DNA of 64,000 bases from a virus. Its lineage: Duplodnaviria > Caudoviricetes. Where the stretch lies: the IMG/VR virus record IMGVR_UViG_3300024346_000016, positions 32,001-96,000 of that record. The stretch is one strand, 5' to 3'. Positions 1 to 9,096 of this stretch are shown piece by piece. The translations under genes and the position numbers were made by a program. Positions within the stretch are counted from its first letter, which is position 1. Every line of letters starts with the position of its first letter. The notes under the pieces were generated by a model. The model saw only the letters and a list, made by a program, of their open reading frames with translations. It made no database searches and was not told where the DNA came from.

Positions 1-1430
1 TATTCTTGACCCCTATTCTTCATTTCTGAAAGAATTGCATCAGGTGACTCTCCTGCATTAGTTAAAATAACTCTAAATGGTGCTAGACATGATTCTAATA
101 AGATTGTGCGACCTAGTCTATGTTCAAAGTTTTGAGTTTGAGCAATAGTTGGTGTTAAGTCTTCAGCAATTTTACAAAGTGCAACTCCACCGCCTACTAC
201 AATACCTTCTTCAACTGCCGCTCTGGTTGCACCTATTGCATCGTCAATACGGTCAATTTTCTCACGCATTTCAATTTCAGAGTGGGCTCCTACTTTAATA
301 ATAGCAACTCCACCATCTATTCTAGCAAGACGCTCTTTAAGAATTAGTGTTGCTGATTCGTTTGTGCTGTTTTCAATTTGAGCATTAATATCTGAAATAC
401 GCTCCTTAATTGAGTCTTGGCTGCCTTCTCCACCTATAATTGTAGTAGAGTCTGCTGTAACAATAACTTTAGTGGCTGAACCTAATACTTCAGAAGCAAT
501 GGTTTCAGCTAATGAATAACCCTCTCGTTCAGAGATGGTTTTGGCACCAGTTAGGATTGCAATATCGTCTAGGTTTTCTTTACGTAATTCTCCAAAGCCT
601 GGCGCTCTAACCGCTGCTGCTTTAATTGTTCCTCTTAATTTATTAAGAACCATTGTATTTAAAGCATCGCCGTCTACACTTTCAGAAATAACCAATAGTG
701 GACGACCTTTTTGATTTGAATATTCTAAGAACTGTACAATATCATTTAGCACAGAAACTTTACCATCTACTAATAAGATTAGGGCGTTTTCAAATTCAAC
801 TTGAGGTTTTTCGTTAGAATTAATAAAATAAGGTGATAAGTAGCCTGATTTAAATTGCATTCCTTCTACTATATCAACATAAGTTTCAGCTGATTTACTT
901 TGTTCAACTGTAATAATTCCATCAAATCCAACTGCTTCCATACATTGAGTAATTAAAGCACCCATAGATTCATCGTTATTTGCAGAAATTGTTGCAACTT
1001 GGTGAATGTGTGTAAGATCCTTAACTGGAATTGATGATTGACTTAGTGCTGCAACAATTTCAGTTAAAGCTGCATCCATACCTCTTTTTAATTCGATTGG
1101 GTTGGCTCCTGTCGCAACTGCTTTTAATCCTCTATTGAAAATTTCTTGAGTTAATACTGTTGCCGTGGTTGTACCATCGCCGGCTAACTGCGCAACTTTG
1201 TGTGCAACCTGTTTTACCATTTGTGCACCAACATCAGCAATATGATCAGATAATACTACTTCTCTAGCAACGGAAACTCCGTCCTTTGTAACAGCTAACC
1301 CGCCATCTCTTGCGATAACGACATTACGTCCACCTGGACCCATTGTTACTTTTACTGAATTGGCTAATGTATCAACACCAACTTTTAATCGGTTTCTTGC
1401 ATCAGCATCAAAAATTATGGTTTTTGACAT
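1..1430 (-). CDS. groEL: Phage-encoded group I chaperonin GroEL (C-terminus runs off the window start; absent from the ORF track)
   Basis: Reverse complement from ATG at 1430 reads MSKTIIFDADARNRLKVGVDTLANSVKVTMGPGGRNVVI..VTKDGVSVAREV..QLAGDGTTTA..EGMQFKSGYLSPYF..AVRAPGFGELRK..EEGIVVGGGVA, all canonical Cpn60 motifs. Confidence 0.96.
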   Translation of the reverse strand, partial: MSKTIIFDADARNRLKVGVDTLANSVKVTMGPGGRNVVIARDGGLAVTKDGVSVAREVVLSDHIADVGAQMVKQVAHKVAQLAGDGTTTATVLTQEIFNRGLKAVATGANPIELKRGMDAALTEIVAALSQSSIPVKDLTHIHQVATISANNDESMGALITQCMEAVGFDGIITVEQSKSAETYVDIVEGMQFKSGYLSPYFINSNEKPQVEFENALILLVDGKVSVLNDIVQFLEYSNQKGRPLLVISESVDGDALNTMVLNKLRGTIKAAAVRAPGFGELRKENLDDIAILTGAKTISEREGYSLAETIASEVLGSATKVIVTADSTTIIGGEGSQDSIKERISDINAQIENSTNESATLILKERLARIDGGVAIIKVGAHSEIEMREKIDRIDDAIGATRAAVEEGIVVGGGVALCKIAEDLTPTIAQTQNFEHRLGRTILLESCLAPFRVILTNAGESPDAILSEMKNRGQE

Positions 1431-1445
1431 TATGTTTAAATATTT

Positions 1446-2195
1446 TTATATAGTATTTCTTGTTATACTCTCTTCCTCGAACAAGTTTAGTCCAGAGACC
1501 TTTAATATAATACGGCCGAGGGCAATAACGTCCTCCATATTATATGTAGCAATTTCAGTAAGTCGACCTTGCCAAAATGCAGCTGGCACCTCTTCGCCTC
1601 GCATTGCTCCTTTAGGTGAAGGAATATCTAGGACTCCACAGATAAGATCTAGTGAAGCGAAACCCTCTTGCCAAGCACCAAATGACCAAACGTCCATTGT
1701 ATCTTGCATAGGAATTTCCCAAGGTTTTTTATTATGAAAGTGTAATTCATCTGGAATAGCAAGGCCATTAATTAATAGGCGTTTACATAGATAGGGAATA
1801 TCGAATCTTTTAATATTATGGCCAACTAAGACTCCGCCAGTTGCAAATATTTTAGAAATAGATTTTTGTGCTTTAAGTAAAAGCTCTTCTTCGTTTTCTC
1901 CTGAAATAGCAGCTACAATAAAGGTAGGCTCGCCGTCTTTATAAACAATACGACCAAAACTGATACAGACTATTCTACCGAACTCTGCTTGAAGTGCAGC
2001 TTTCTGTGTAAAAAGATCTTCATCGCTTAGGGTCTTATTATCTGGATATTTTTGTGAAAGAGTATCACGAAGGTAGTCGGCTCGCTTATGCCACTGACTC
2101 TGTAGGGCGGGGCTTAATGAATCTACCGCTTGGGTAGTAGTTGAGGTCTCGATATCAAAAAAGACCATCTTGGAAATTTGCTGTTGTGTAAACAT
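1446..2195 (-). CDS. Stand-alone PolB-related 3'-5' exonuclease (DEDD family)
   Basis: ExoI FFDIET, EFGRIVCIS, ExoII GHNIKRFDIPYL, KPWE, SLDLIC..L.IPSPK, ExoIII YNMEDV. Confidence 0.88.
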   Translation of the reverse strand: MFTQQQISKMVFFDIETSTTTQAVDSLSPALQSQWHKRADYLRDTLSQKYPDNKTLSDEDLFTQKAALQAEFGRIVCISFGRIVYKDGEPTFIVAAISGENEEELLLKAQKSISKIFATGGVLVGHNIKRFDIPYLCKRLLINGLAIPDELHFHNKKPWEIPMQDTMDVWSFGAWQEGFASLDLICGVLDIPSPKGAMRGEEVPAAFWQGRLTEIATYNMEDVIALGRIILKVSGLNLFEEESITRNTI

Positions 2196-2240
2196 TGCTT
2201 AATAATTTAAAAACAATATACTAAAGATTCTTAAGTTTTG

Positions 2241-2311
2241 GTCAGATTGAGACTCTTAATTCTTTATTTTTTAAAAATAAAGAGAATAGAGTCACTAAGT
2301 ATCAGTCTGAC
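2241..2311. repeat. Nested imperfect inverted repeat in the divergent intergenic region
   Basis: GTCAGATTGA(2241-50)/TCAGTCTGAC(2302-11); GACTCT(2251-56)/AGAGTC(2288-93); TCTTTATTTTT(2261-71)/AAAAATAAAGA(2273-83). Confidence 0.8.
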
Positions 2312-2410
2312 ACCCTCCCAAACCTTTCCCTTATTTTATAGTGATTTGGAATAAGGTTTTAGAAACCTTTTATAAATTTTTCAGTAAAGTATAGCAAATT
2401 ACCTAAGTAT

Positions 2411-3073
2411 GTGACTATTATAGGATTTGACTTCTCTATTAACTTCCCAGCTGCTTGTATCAGTCATGACTTCAAGACTTTTAAATGGGTTGCTGTCACA
2501 AACACCAAATTAAGTAAATCATATCTTCACTTCTTAGAAGGTATTAACCTAGAGTTTCCAGATATTCATATTATTAATTTAGGAGAAAAGAATAATAAAG
2601 GAGCAAGTTATTCAGACACTGAACGTAAGAAATTGCAAAATCAGATTCTGTTAGTCAATACTTTAATTGATACAGTTTTAACTAAAGTTATACAAAAGCC
2701 TATTATTGTAGGAATTGAAGGTTTTGCATATGGAGCTAAAGGTAATTCTCTAGTCGATATTGTTCAAACTACTGGAATTTTAAAGAAAACTATAGCAGAC
2801 CGCCTTTTAGATAGAAATTTATCTGGACTTTTTATATTTTCACCTTCGGAACTAAAGAATGCAATAGGAGCAAAGGGTAATGCTAATAAATTTGATATAT
2901 TTAATCAATTTATCGAAGACCCTAAAATAGATGCAGCCAGAGACTCAGCTTTAGCTAAATGCTTAAATAAATATAGAACAGAACTAGTCACATCATCTGA
3001 GATTAAATCACCATTTCCCGATCTAGTTGATTCGTATTTAAGCGTATTAAAAATTTACCAAGCACTAACGTAA
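2411..3073 (+). CDS. RuvC-like Holliday junction resolvase (RNase H fold)
   Basis: IIGFDFS, VGIEGFAYG, FSPSELKN..GAKGNANK, PDLVDSY match phage RuvC-like acidic motifs; GTG start. Confidence 0.75.
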   Translation: MTIIGFDFSINFPAACISHDFKTFKWVAVTNTKLSKSYLHFLEGINLEFPDIHIINLGEKNNKGASYSDTERKKLQNQILLVNTLIDTVLTKVIQKPIIVGIEGFAYGAKGNSLVDIVQTTGILKKTIADRLLDRNLSGLFIFSPSELKNAIGAKGNANKFDIFNQFIEDPKIDAARDSALAKCLNKYRTELVTSSEIKSPFPDLVDSYLSVLKIYQALT

Positions 3074-3492
3074 TGGCAAGAATTAAAGACCCAAAGTTCT
3101 ATATTAATAATAGAGACTTTACTAACGAAATTATCCGATGCAAACACGGGTATTTAAATGAAGAAACTGGCTACCAGCACACAAAAGGGGAGCTTTCACC
3201 AAAAGCAATTGACTATTTTATCCTGTTGTCAAACCGTGCTATCCAAAAACTAGTATTTAAAAATCCACTAGACCGCGAGGACTGTATTCAATCGGCTCAA
3301 TTAGACCTTTTGCGATACTGGAGAAACTTTAATGAAGAGAAATCCAATAATGCATTTGCCTACTTTACACAAATCTCAAAAAACGGATATGCTAAAGAAT
3401 ATAAAAAGATTTATAAGCATATTGGAAAAGGCGAAAAGATAATTACTATTTCACTAAGCCACTCTGGCGAGAGCGAAATCTACACGATCTAA
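3073..3492 (+). CDS. T4 gp55-like late-transcription sigma factor
   Basis: FYINNRDF..EII and NFNEEKSNNAFAYFTQISKNG resemble gp55 motifs; TAATG-coupled to the upstream gene; matching late promoters occur across the window. Confidence 0.82.
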   Translation: MARIKDPKFYINNRDFTNEIIRCKHGYLNEETGYQHTKGELSPKAIDYFILLSNRAIQKLVFKNPLDREDCIQSAQLDLLRYWRNFNEEKSNNAFAYFTQISKNGYAKEYKKIYKHIGKGEKIITISLSHSGESEIYTI

Positions 3493-3509
3493 CTTGCCAT
3501 TTCCTGGCT

Positions 3510-3517
3510 AATAAATA
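3510..3517 (+). promoter_or_regulatory. gp55-type late promoter AATAAATA
   Basis: Variant of T4 TATAAATA directly upstream of the first structural gene. Confidence 0.7.
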
Positions 3518-3533
3518 ACAAAAAGCCAAGTTG

Positions 3534-6050
3534 ATGCAACTGACTAATCTCATATTTTTTGATAAGTTTGGTGAAAACTATAACCTTCAAACAACTAAGT
3601 TCAACCAGGGGACAGGTTCTTCTGATACTATCTCTTGGTGGTACGGCCGAGAATACATTAATTCAGTTTCAGTTGGATTGTACGACAGCCGACAGATTTT
3701 TTTAGTAGAAAAGGCCGCCAGTAGTTATAAATTTCCTAAACTTTCGCAAAACGAAAGAATTGTTGTTAAATGGGAAACAGCCGACTCATCCGCCGAGGCA
3801 TTCTTTTTATATTTAGTTAAACAGGATATCACAGGCAACAGCAATGTAGATACGCCTTATATTGAAAAGGTTAACCAGGTTATTATTAATCATTCGGATT
3901 ATGCAAATGGATCTTCTTCTCAACTTGATATAAATTTACCCCTACAAATTAACGTTGCGTTTTCTCCAATTGAAGAATCGATTTACCAGAGAAAACTAAT
4001 AGCCTACCATGAAACGCTTTCTAATGGATCAGTTATAAACTCAACTAAAATCCTAGAACTTGACTATTATGGTGAGGGCGAAGACGAAGATGCTAGATAT
4101 AGAATGTGGCTAGAAAATTTTGGAATATCTTTCCATAAAGACGACGCCCAATTACTAAAGGATTATGATATTAAAGAGGCCCTACCAGATTGGACTCAAA
4201 TTGACCAAGCTAGAAAACAGCTTCTTGTAAATAGGGATCAGGTTTTTCCATATGTTGGAACCTACAAAGGCTTAAGCAATTTTATAAACCTATTTGGTTA
4301 TAAAGACACACTAGACGTTAAGGAATTTTGGCAAAACACCAACAATTCATCGGCTGCTCTAAACCAATTTGCTCTAGTTAATATAACTGATTTCTTAGAT
4401 GATGGCAAAATTGATAACATGGTACATGTTTCAACCGGTGGAGCAGTTTTAGATTCTGGTCAATTTAAAAAGACCTCATTTATTGCCCTGTGCTATCAGT
4501 TTACTAAAGCCACAGATAATTATGATGAAGATGGCTTACCAGAAGTAATTGAAACAACTGACTTTACCCCAGCTGAAATTTTCTATAAATTAGACGGCCT
4601 TGCTAAAAAGGTAAAACGCGAAATTTTACCTATTCATGTAGTAGTTCGAGATATTATTGGCGAGTTTATATTTTTTGAAAAATTCAATATTAGATATTGG
4701 TCAGACGACGTACAATCAAGAAGTATTGATATTAATACTAAAATTAAAGCAGCTGTTGATTTTCCAGGTTCAACAATTGCGGTTCCTTATATTAGAGATA
4801 TTCGACCAATATTTTATTCAGCTGAAGCTGATTCAACTGATCCAACTAAAATTTTAACAGGCTTTCCTAAATATTCGTTTAACACTGGTAAAAATAAAAG
4901 TGGAGTATTTTCTGCAATTGCTAATCCATACGATAACCAACAACACTATTCAGCAACTCAACACCTGGCATTAATTAGTGCAGTTGAGGTTTTCTATAAT
5001 CAAGTACAAACCGAAGAGTGGAAAAAACACGGTAAGGCCTATTACTGGTCAAATGGAGAAGTTAACGTTAAAGAACAACTTGCATGTCCAATTATATTAA
5101 CAGCTAACCTGCCTAAATATAAAATAATGGACTATGACGGAATCACATTTGCAGACTTAGAAACAGAAGGAGCTAGGGTCAGAGATATTATAACATATTT
5201 AAATTTAGTTGATGCTGAGTGGATTATTACCAAAAATGCACCTAACCCATATAAGTGGAGTTTCCGTGGATCAATCTATGATTTTAATCAAATTGTTCAC
5301 TTTTTACCCTATGTTGGAGACTACTTAATTGAATTAAGAGTTTACGACCAATTTGCAGGTATTTCAGTAGACTTTATTAAGTTTACCGTAAAACCAACAA
5401 TAGCATCAACCGTTGGATTTACCAGAACTTCTGATAAATTTTCATATCAATTTAAAGATTTAACCAATGTTACAGTTGGAGATATGGGAGGTAGTTATAT
5501 GTTTAACCCAAATGTAACAATTGCGTCATTTACACAAAAAATAGGGGCAATTGATTTAGAAAAGGAACTTTTTGATTGGGCATATTATTCCGCAAATTTT
5601 AGTAATAATACTTCACCGACTAGTGCCAAAATAAAGGATAAATTAACCGGTCAATATAAAGAATTGGGCGACTCTACCCTAACTTCAGACTACTCTTATA
5701 GTTGGGGATTAGGCGAAAACTCACTAAAACCTAGAATGAGTGATCTTGCTGATGCTAAAATTGGAGACCTATTTCATACAAAATTCTATCAATTGTCTTA
5801 TCAATCTGATTTTTTACAAGGATTTTCAATTGCGGCTCCGACCATAGGTTACAAAATTAGATTGGGTCTACATGATCCATATACAGTGCCTAGCTATATT
5901 AGCGTTACCAATTTAGTTGATCAATTAAATATTTCAACGCATAGTGCAATTTCTAAATTTAGATATCGTGCGGTAAATAATCAAGTATATGCAACCGCAA
6001 AAGAAAGTTCAAATACAAATAATTTTACCGTAAAAGTAACTCAACTATAA
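3534..6050 (+). CDS. Large virion structural protein, possibly baseplate wedge (gp7/gpI-like segment plus PKD-like domain)
   Basis: Long ORF (ATG 3534) behind a late promoter; VGTYKGLSNFINLFGY..VKEFW resembles wedge proteins; GDYLIELRVYDQ is PKD-like. Confidence 0.5.
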   Translation: MQLTNLIFFDKFGENYNLQTTKFNQGTGSSDTISWWYGREYINSVSVGLYDSRQIFLVEKAASSYKFPKLSQNERIVVKWETADSSAEAFFLYLVKQDITGNSNVDTPYIEKVNQVIINHSDYANGSSSQLDINLPLQINVAFSPIEESIYQRKLIAYHETLSNGSVINSTKILELDYYGEGEDEDARYRMWLENFGISFHKDDAQLLKDYDIKEALPDWTQIDQARKQLLVNRDQVFPYVGTYKGLSNFINLFGYKDTLDVKEFWQNTNNSSAALNQFALVNITDFLDDGKIDNMVHVSTGGAVLDSGQFKKTSFIALCYQFTKATDNYDEDGLPEVIETTDFTPAEIFYKLDGLAKKVKREILPIHVVVRDIIGEFIFFEKFNIRYWSDDVQSRSIDINTKIKAAVDFPGSTIAVPYIRDIRPIFYSAEADSTDPTKILTGFPKYSFNTGKNKSGVFSAIANPYDNQQHYSATQHLALISAVEVFYNQVQTEEWKKHGKAYYWSNGEVNVKEQLACPIILTANLPKYKIMDYDGITFADLETEGARVRDIITYLNLVDAEWIITKNAPNPYKWSFRGSIYDFNQIVHFLPYVGDYLIELRVYDQFAGISVDFIKFTVKPTIASTVGFTRTSDKFSYQFKDLTNVTVGDMGGSYMFNPNVTIASFTQKIGAIDLEKELFDWAYYSANFSNNTSPTSAKIKDKLTGQYKELGDSTLTSDYSYSWGLGENSLKPRMSDLADAKIGDLFHTKFYQLSYQSDFLQGFSIAAPTIGYKIRLGLHDPYTVPSYISVTNLVDQLNISTHSAISKFRYRAVNNQVYATAKESSNTNNFTVKVTQL

Positions 6051-6051
6051 T

Positions 6052-9000
6052 ATGTCAGTATTCGCTTTTTGTTATCAATTAACTATACCAGATTCAGTTG
6101 AAAGATTTGGAAAAACTTTAGTGTATACTCAACCGGGAGAACCACAACCAATTTCTATACAATTGGACCAAATGTATATGGAAGTATCAATGGGCCCAGA
6201 AGGAAATACCTATTATTTTTGTGCATCTGGACAAAGTGAACCAGTTCTTTTAGTATCTGGTCAAATTTCAAATTTCTCAGAATACGGCATGACCTTAACT
6301 GGAGGTTTTTCTCCGTGTACAGCGGATGATGAGTGTTCTCCTGGATATATTGGCGATCAAACCGAGTCAATGTGTTATTCAATTGCAATTAACACAGTAG
6401 ATAATTCACTATCGGATGTAGAATTTCGGTATACTCCAGTCGGCGACCAATTTTATTCTCAGGTATTTGCATCAAACTGGTCAACTTATACTACTTCGGG
6501 AAATGTCAGAACACTATATATGTGTTCATCAACGACACCAACTATATTATTATACGGTGAACCTATATTTGACCCAGAATCATATGGAATTATAGTAGCC
6601 GGCGGCACCTCAACCTGTACTAGCGATTCAGCATGTGCGCCAGCTTCGACGCCAGTAAATTGTACACTAAGCGCTTGGGGTTATGGTGCAACTCAAGAAA
6701 CTTGGGTGGCTGGCGCATTTTCACCGTGCCAATTAAGAAACGGCTCATATCAAAGATTTCAAACTCGCTATGTAATAACACCGGCTTCGGGCGGAGGTAC
6801 ATGTAATGGTGCAACTATTGAATATACAGCATGTACGCCGGCATCAACCGGAACGGTTGCTACCTTAACTACACCAACTGTTAGTGCAATAACTGCAGGT
6901 ACTGCAACTGTAACCACAACAATTTCAAATAACGGCGGCAGTGATGTAACAGCAGTAAGATTTAGGCTATATCAAAATTCAGTTTTAGTATCAAATATAG
7001 CCATAACAAGCTTTAATCTTGGAATTTCTGTGCAGTTTACTGGATTAACGCCGCTTACTCAATATACAGTGGATGCAGTCGCAACTAACTCAACTGGAAA
7101 TGGTACATCTCAAATTACGACATTTACTACCCTTAGTAATAGTAGTATATCAACTCCAACTATAAGTAACCTAACTCAAACCGGCGCTACCCTAAGCTCA
7201 ACATTTACTAATAGTTCTGGCGATATCTACACTAGATATGGTCTTTTATTTAAACTGGGTAACTCTACCAATTTAGTAGATGGCGCAGCTGGCGTAGTTA
7301 GAGTTGACACCGGCGTGCTTGCACCAAATATTAGTCCAGCTGCCTTAATTAGTCAATTGAGCGGTCTTACCGCAAATACTCAGTATTATGCAAAAGCCTA
7401 TGCTCAAAAAGACGATGGGCTTACCTTTTTATATTCAGCTGCAGTATCGGTCAACACCGCAGGTATTGCAACTGGTACTAATTTAGCCCAATTGGGGTTA
7501 ACAACAATTGCTTTATCTGGAAGTAATGAATCAGCTGAATCATATAGATTTATTACAAATTCTGCTGCAAATTCAAACCGATCTTATATTTCAACGTTTG
7601 ACCCGTCCAGTGAAGATCCTACTCCTGGTGTATATCAGTTAACGACTACTCTACAACAGGTTAATTTAACTACTCTAACCTGGGCAGTAGAAAGAAAACT
7701 TAGTCCAAGTGATACTATATGGAAACCGTTTGCAATAGTCAACGGAACAACTGACCTTGCATCAATTCAAGCTCCAGAAATGTGGACATATTATCAATAT
7801 GCAGCAGATTTAACTTCCCTTGCATTTAGGCCAAGTGTTCCAGGCTATTATCGACTAGTCTTGTCTGGTTTGTTTCAAGACGGATCTGAATTTAGCGTAA
7901 ATAGAGAGCTGGTAATCGGTCGCCCAGTTTCCGATATAGATTTATCGTATACTCAATTAAGACAAGGAATAGCTTCGATGGTTCAAGTTACGACCCAGCC
8001 GGACTCACCAGAGTGGATTCCTGAATTTGCAACAGACGGTCTATATAGCGTAGCTGTTAGTCAAAGTGGCACAACTCTTTTGGCTAACTTTATATCAAAC
8101 AATGTAAATAGATCATTTACTGCACTATGGGTAATTGCCACTGACAATCAACAGGTTACGCCAACCTTAACCGTGATCTATAATTCACCATTTAAAAATT
8201 CGTCGCTACTAAATAGTTTTACTAAACAGATTCCAGTAACAGTATTACCCCCAATGCCGGTTATAGACTTTGCCAATTTACAAATATTTGCAAATCCAAT
8301 CAGCAGCGGCTCAAATATCACATTTAGTGCTGCTACTGAATTTGTTAATAATTATGTTATTACATCAAGTTTAGGATCAGGAACAACAAATAACCCAATA
8401 ACATACAATAGCGTTGCAGCTGGCACATATGATATTACTGTAACTGGAACAAACAATAGTACAGGTGTTATTCAAACAACATCTTCAACCAGATCGCTTA
8501 TTATACAAGCTGCATCTCCAATTTTATCGCAGGTGCCTCAACAAACAGTGGGCAGAAACCTATATGTAGATATTAATACACTGTCTTTTGTTAATTTAAA
8601 TGGGTCAATATTTAACGGACTTAATATAACAGCAAACCCAACCCAAGGAACAGTAACCTTTAATAATTACGTAATTAGATATATTCCAAACCAGGACTAT
8701 ACTGGAACTGACCTGTTTACATTTAGAGTACTTGGATCAAGCGGCACCTCATCAAATAGAGTCAATGTATCAATCTTAGTAGCTGCTCCAAGTTTTACCG
8801 TCGGATCTGCTAACGCCCCTATTGTTTTTAATTCAACTGAGGTTGGCGCAAGTAGAGACCTAACTATACCAATTACAAACACAGGCTCCTCTAGTAAACT
8901 TGCAATACAGACAATAACACTAGACCAAGACTCAGATGAATTTAAACTGGTATTAACCTCTGGTCAAACTGAAACTGAGGTTAGCGCAATTAATAGTATT

Positions 9001-9096
9001 GATATTAACCCTAGCGATACATATAACGTAAAAATTAGAGTTCAACCAAACTCAATTGGAGTTAGATCTGCTAAATTAAAAATTAACCACAATTAA
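6052..9096 (+). CDS. Multidomain virion surface protein: two Cys-bounded repeats, TSP1-like domain, FN3 domains, Ig-like domains, C-terminal ASH-like domain
   Basis: FN3 signatures FTGLTPLTQYTVDAVATNSTG and LSGLTANTQYYAKAYA; PTQGTV..IRYIPNQDYTGTDLFTFRV (Ig/cadherin-like); ITNTGSSSKLAI..P..IGVRSAKLKINHN (ASH-like). Confidence 0.7.
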   Translation: MSVFAFCYQLTIPDSVERFGKTLVYTQPGEPQPISIQLDQMYMEVSMGPEGNTYYFCASGQSEPVLLVSGQISNFSEYGMTLTGGFSPCTADDECSPGYIGDQTESMCYSIAINTVDNSLSDVEFRYTPVGDQFYSQVFASNWSTYTTSGNVRTLYMCSSTTPTILLYGEPIFDPESYGIIVAGGTSTCTSDSACAPASTPVNCTLSAWGYGATQETWVAGAFSPCQLRNGSYQRFQTRYVITPASGGGTCNGATIEYTACTPASTGTVATLTTPTVSAITAGTATVTTTISNNGGSDVTAVRFRLYQNSVLVSNIAITSFNLGISVQFTGLTPLTQYTVDAVATNSTGNGTSQITTFTTLSNSSISTPTISNLTQTGATLSSTFTNSSGDIYTRYGLLFKLGNSTNLVDGAAGVVRVDTGVLAPNISPAALISQLSGLTANTQYYAKAYAQKDDGLTFLYSAAVSVNTAGIATGTNLAQLGLTTIALSGSNESAESYRFITNSAANSNRSYISTFDPSSEDPTPGVYQLTTTLQQVNLTTLTWAVERKLSPSDTIWKPFAIVNGTTDLASIQAPEMWTYYQYAADLTSLAFRPSVPGYYRLVLSGLFQDGSEFSVNRELVIGRPVSDIDLSYTQLRQGIASMVQVTTQPDSPEWIPEFATDGLYSVAVSQSGTTLLANFISNNVNRSFTALWVIATDNQQVTPTLTVIYNSPFKNSSLLNSFTKQIPVTVLPPMPVIDFANLQIFANPISSGSNITFSAATEFVNNYVITSSLGSGTTNNPITYNSVAAGTYDITVTGTNNSTGVIQTTSSTRSLIIQAASPILSQVPQQTVGRNLYVDINTLSFVNLNGSIFNGLNITANPTQGTVTFNNYVIRYIPNQDYTGTDLFTFRVLGSSGTSSNRVNVSILVAAPSFTVGSANAPIVFNSTEVGASRDLTIPITNTGSSSKLAIQTITLDQDSDEFKLVLTSGQTETEVSAINSIDINPSDTYNVKIRVQPNSIGVRSAKLKINHN

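Noticed and set aside
1360-1737. 125-aa plus-strand ORF in the track
   Set aside because: Antisense shadow across groEL and the exonuclease, both of which have strong motifs.
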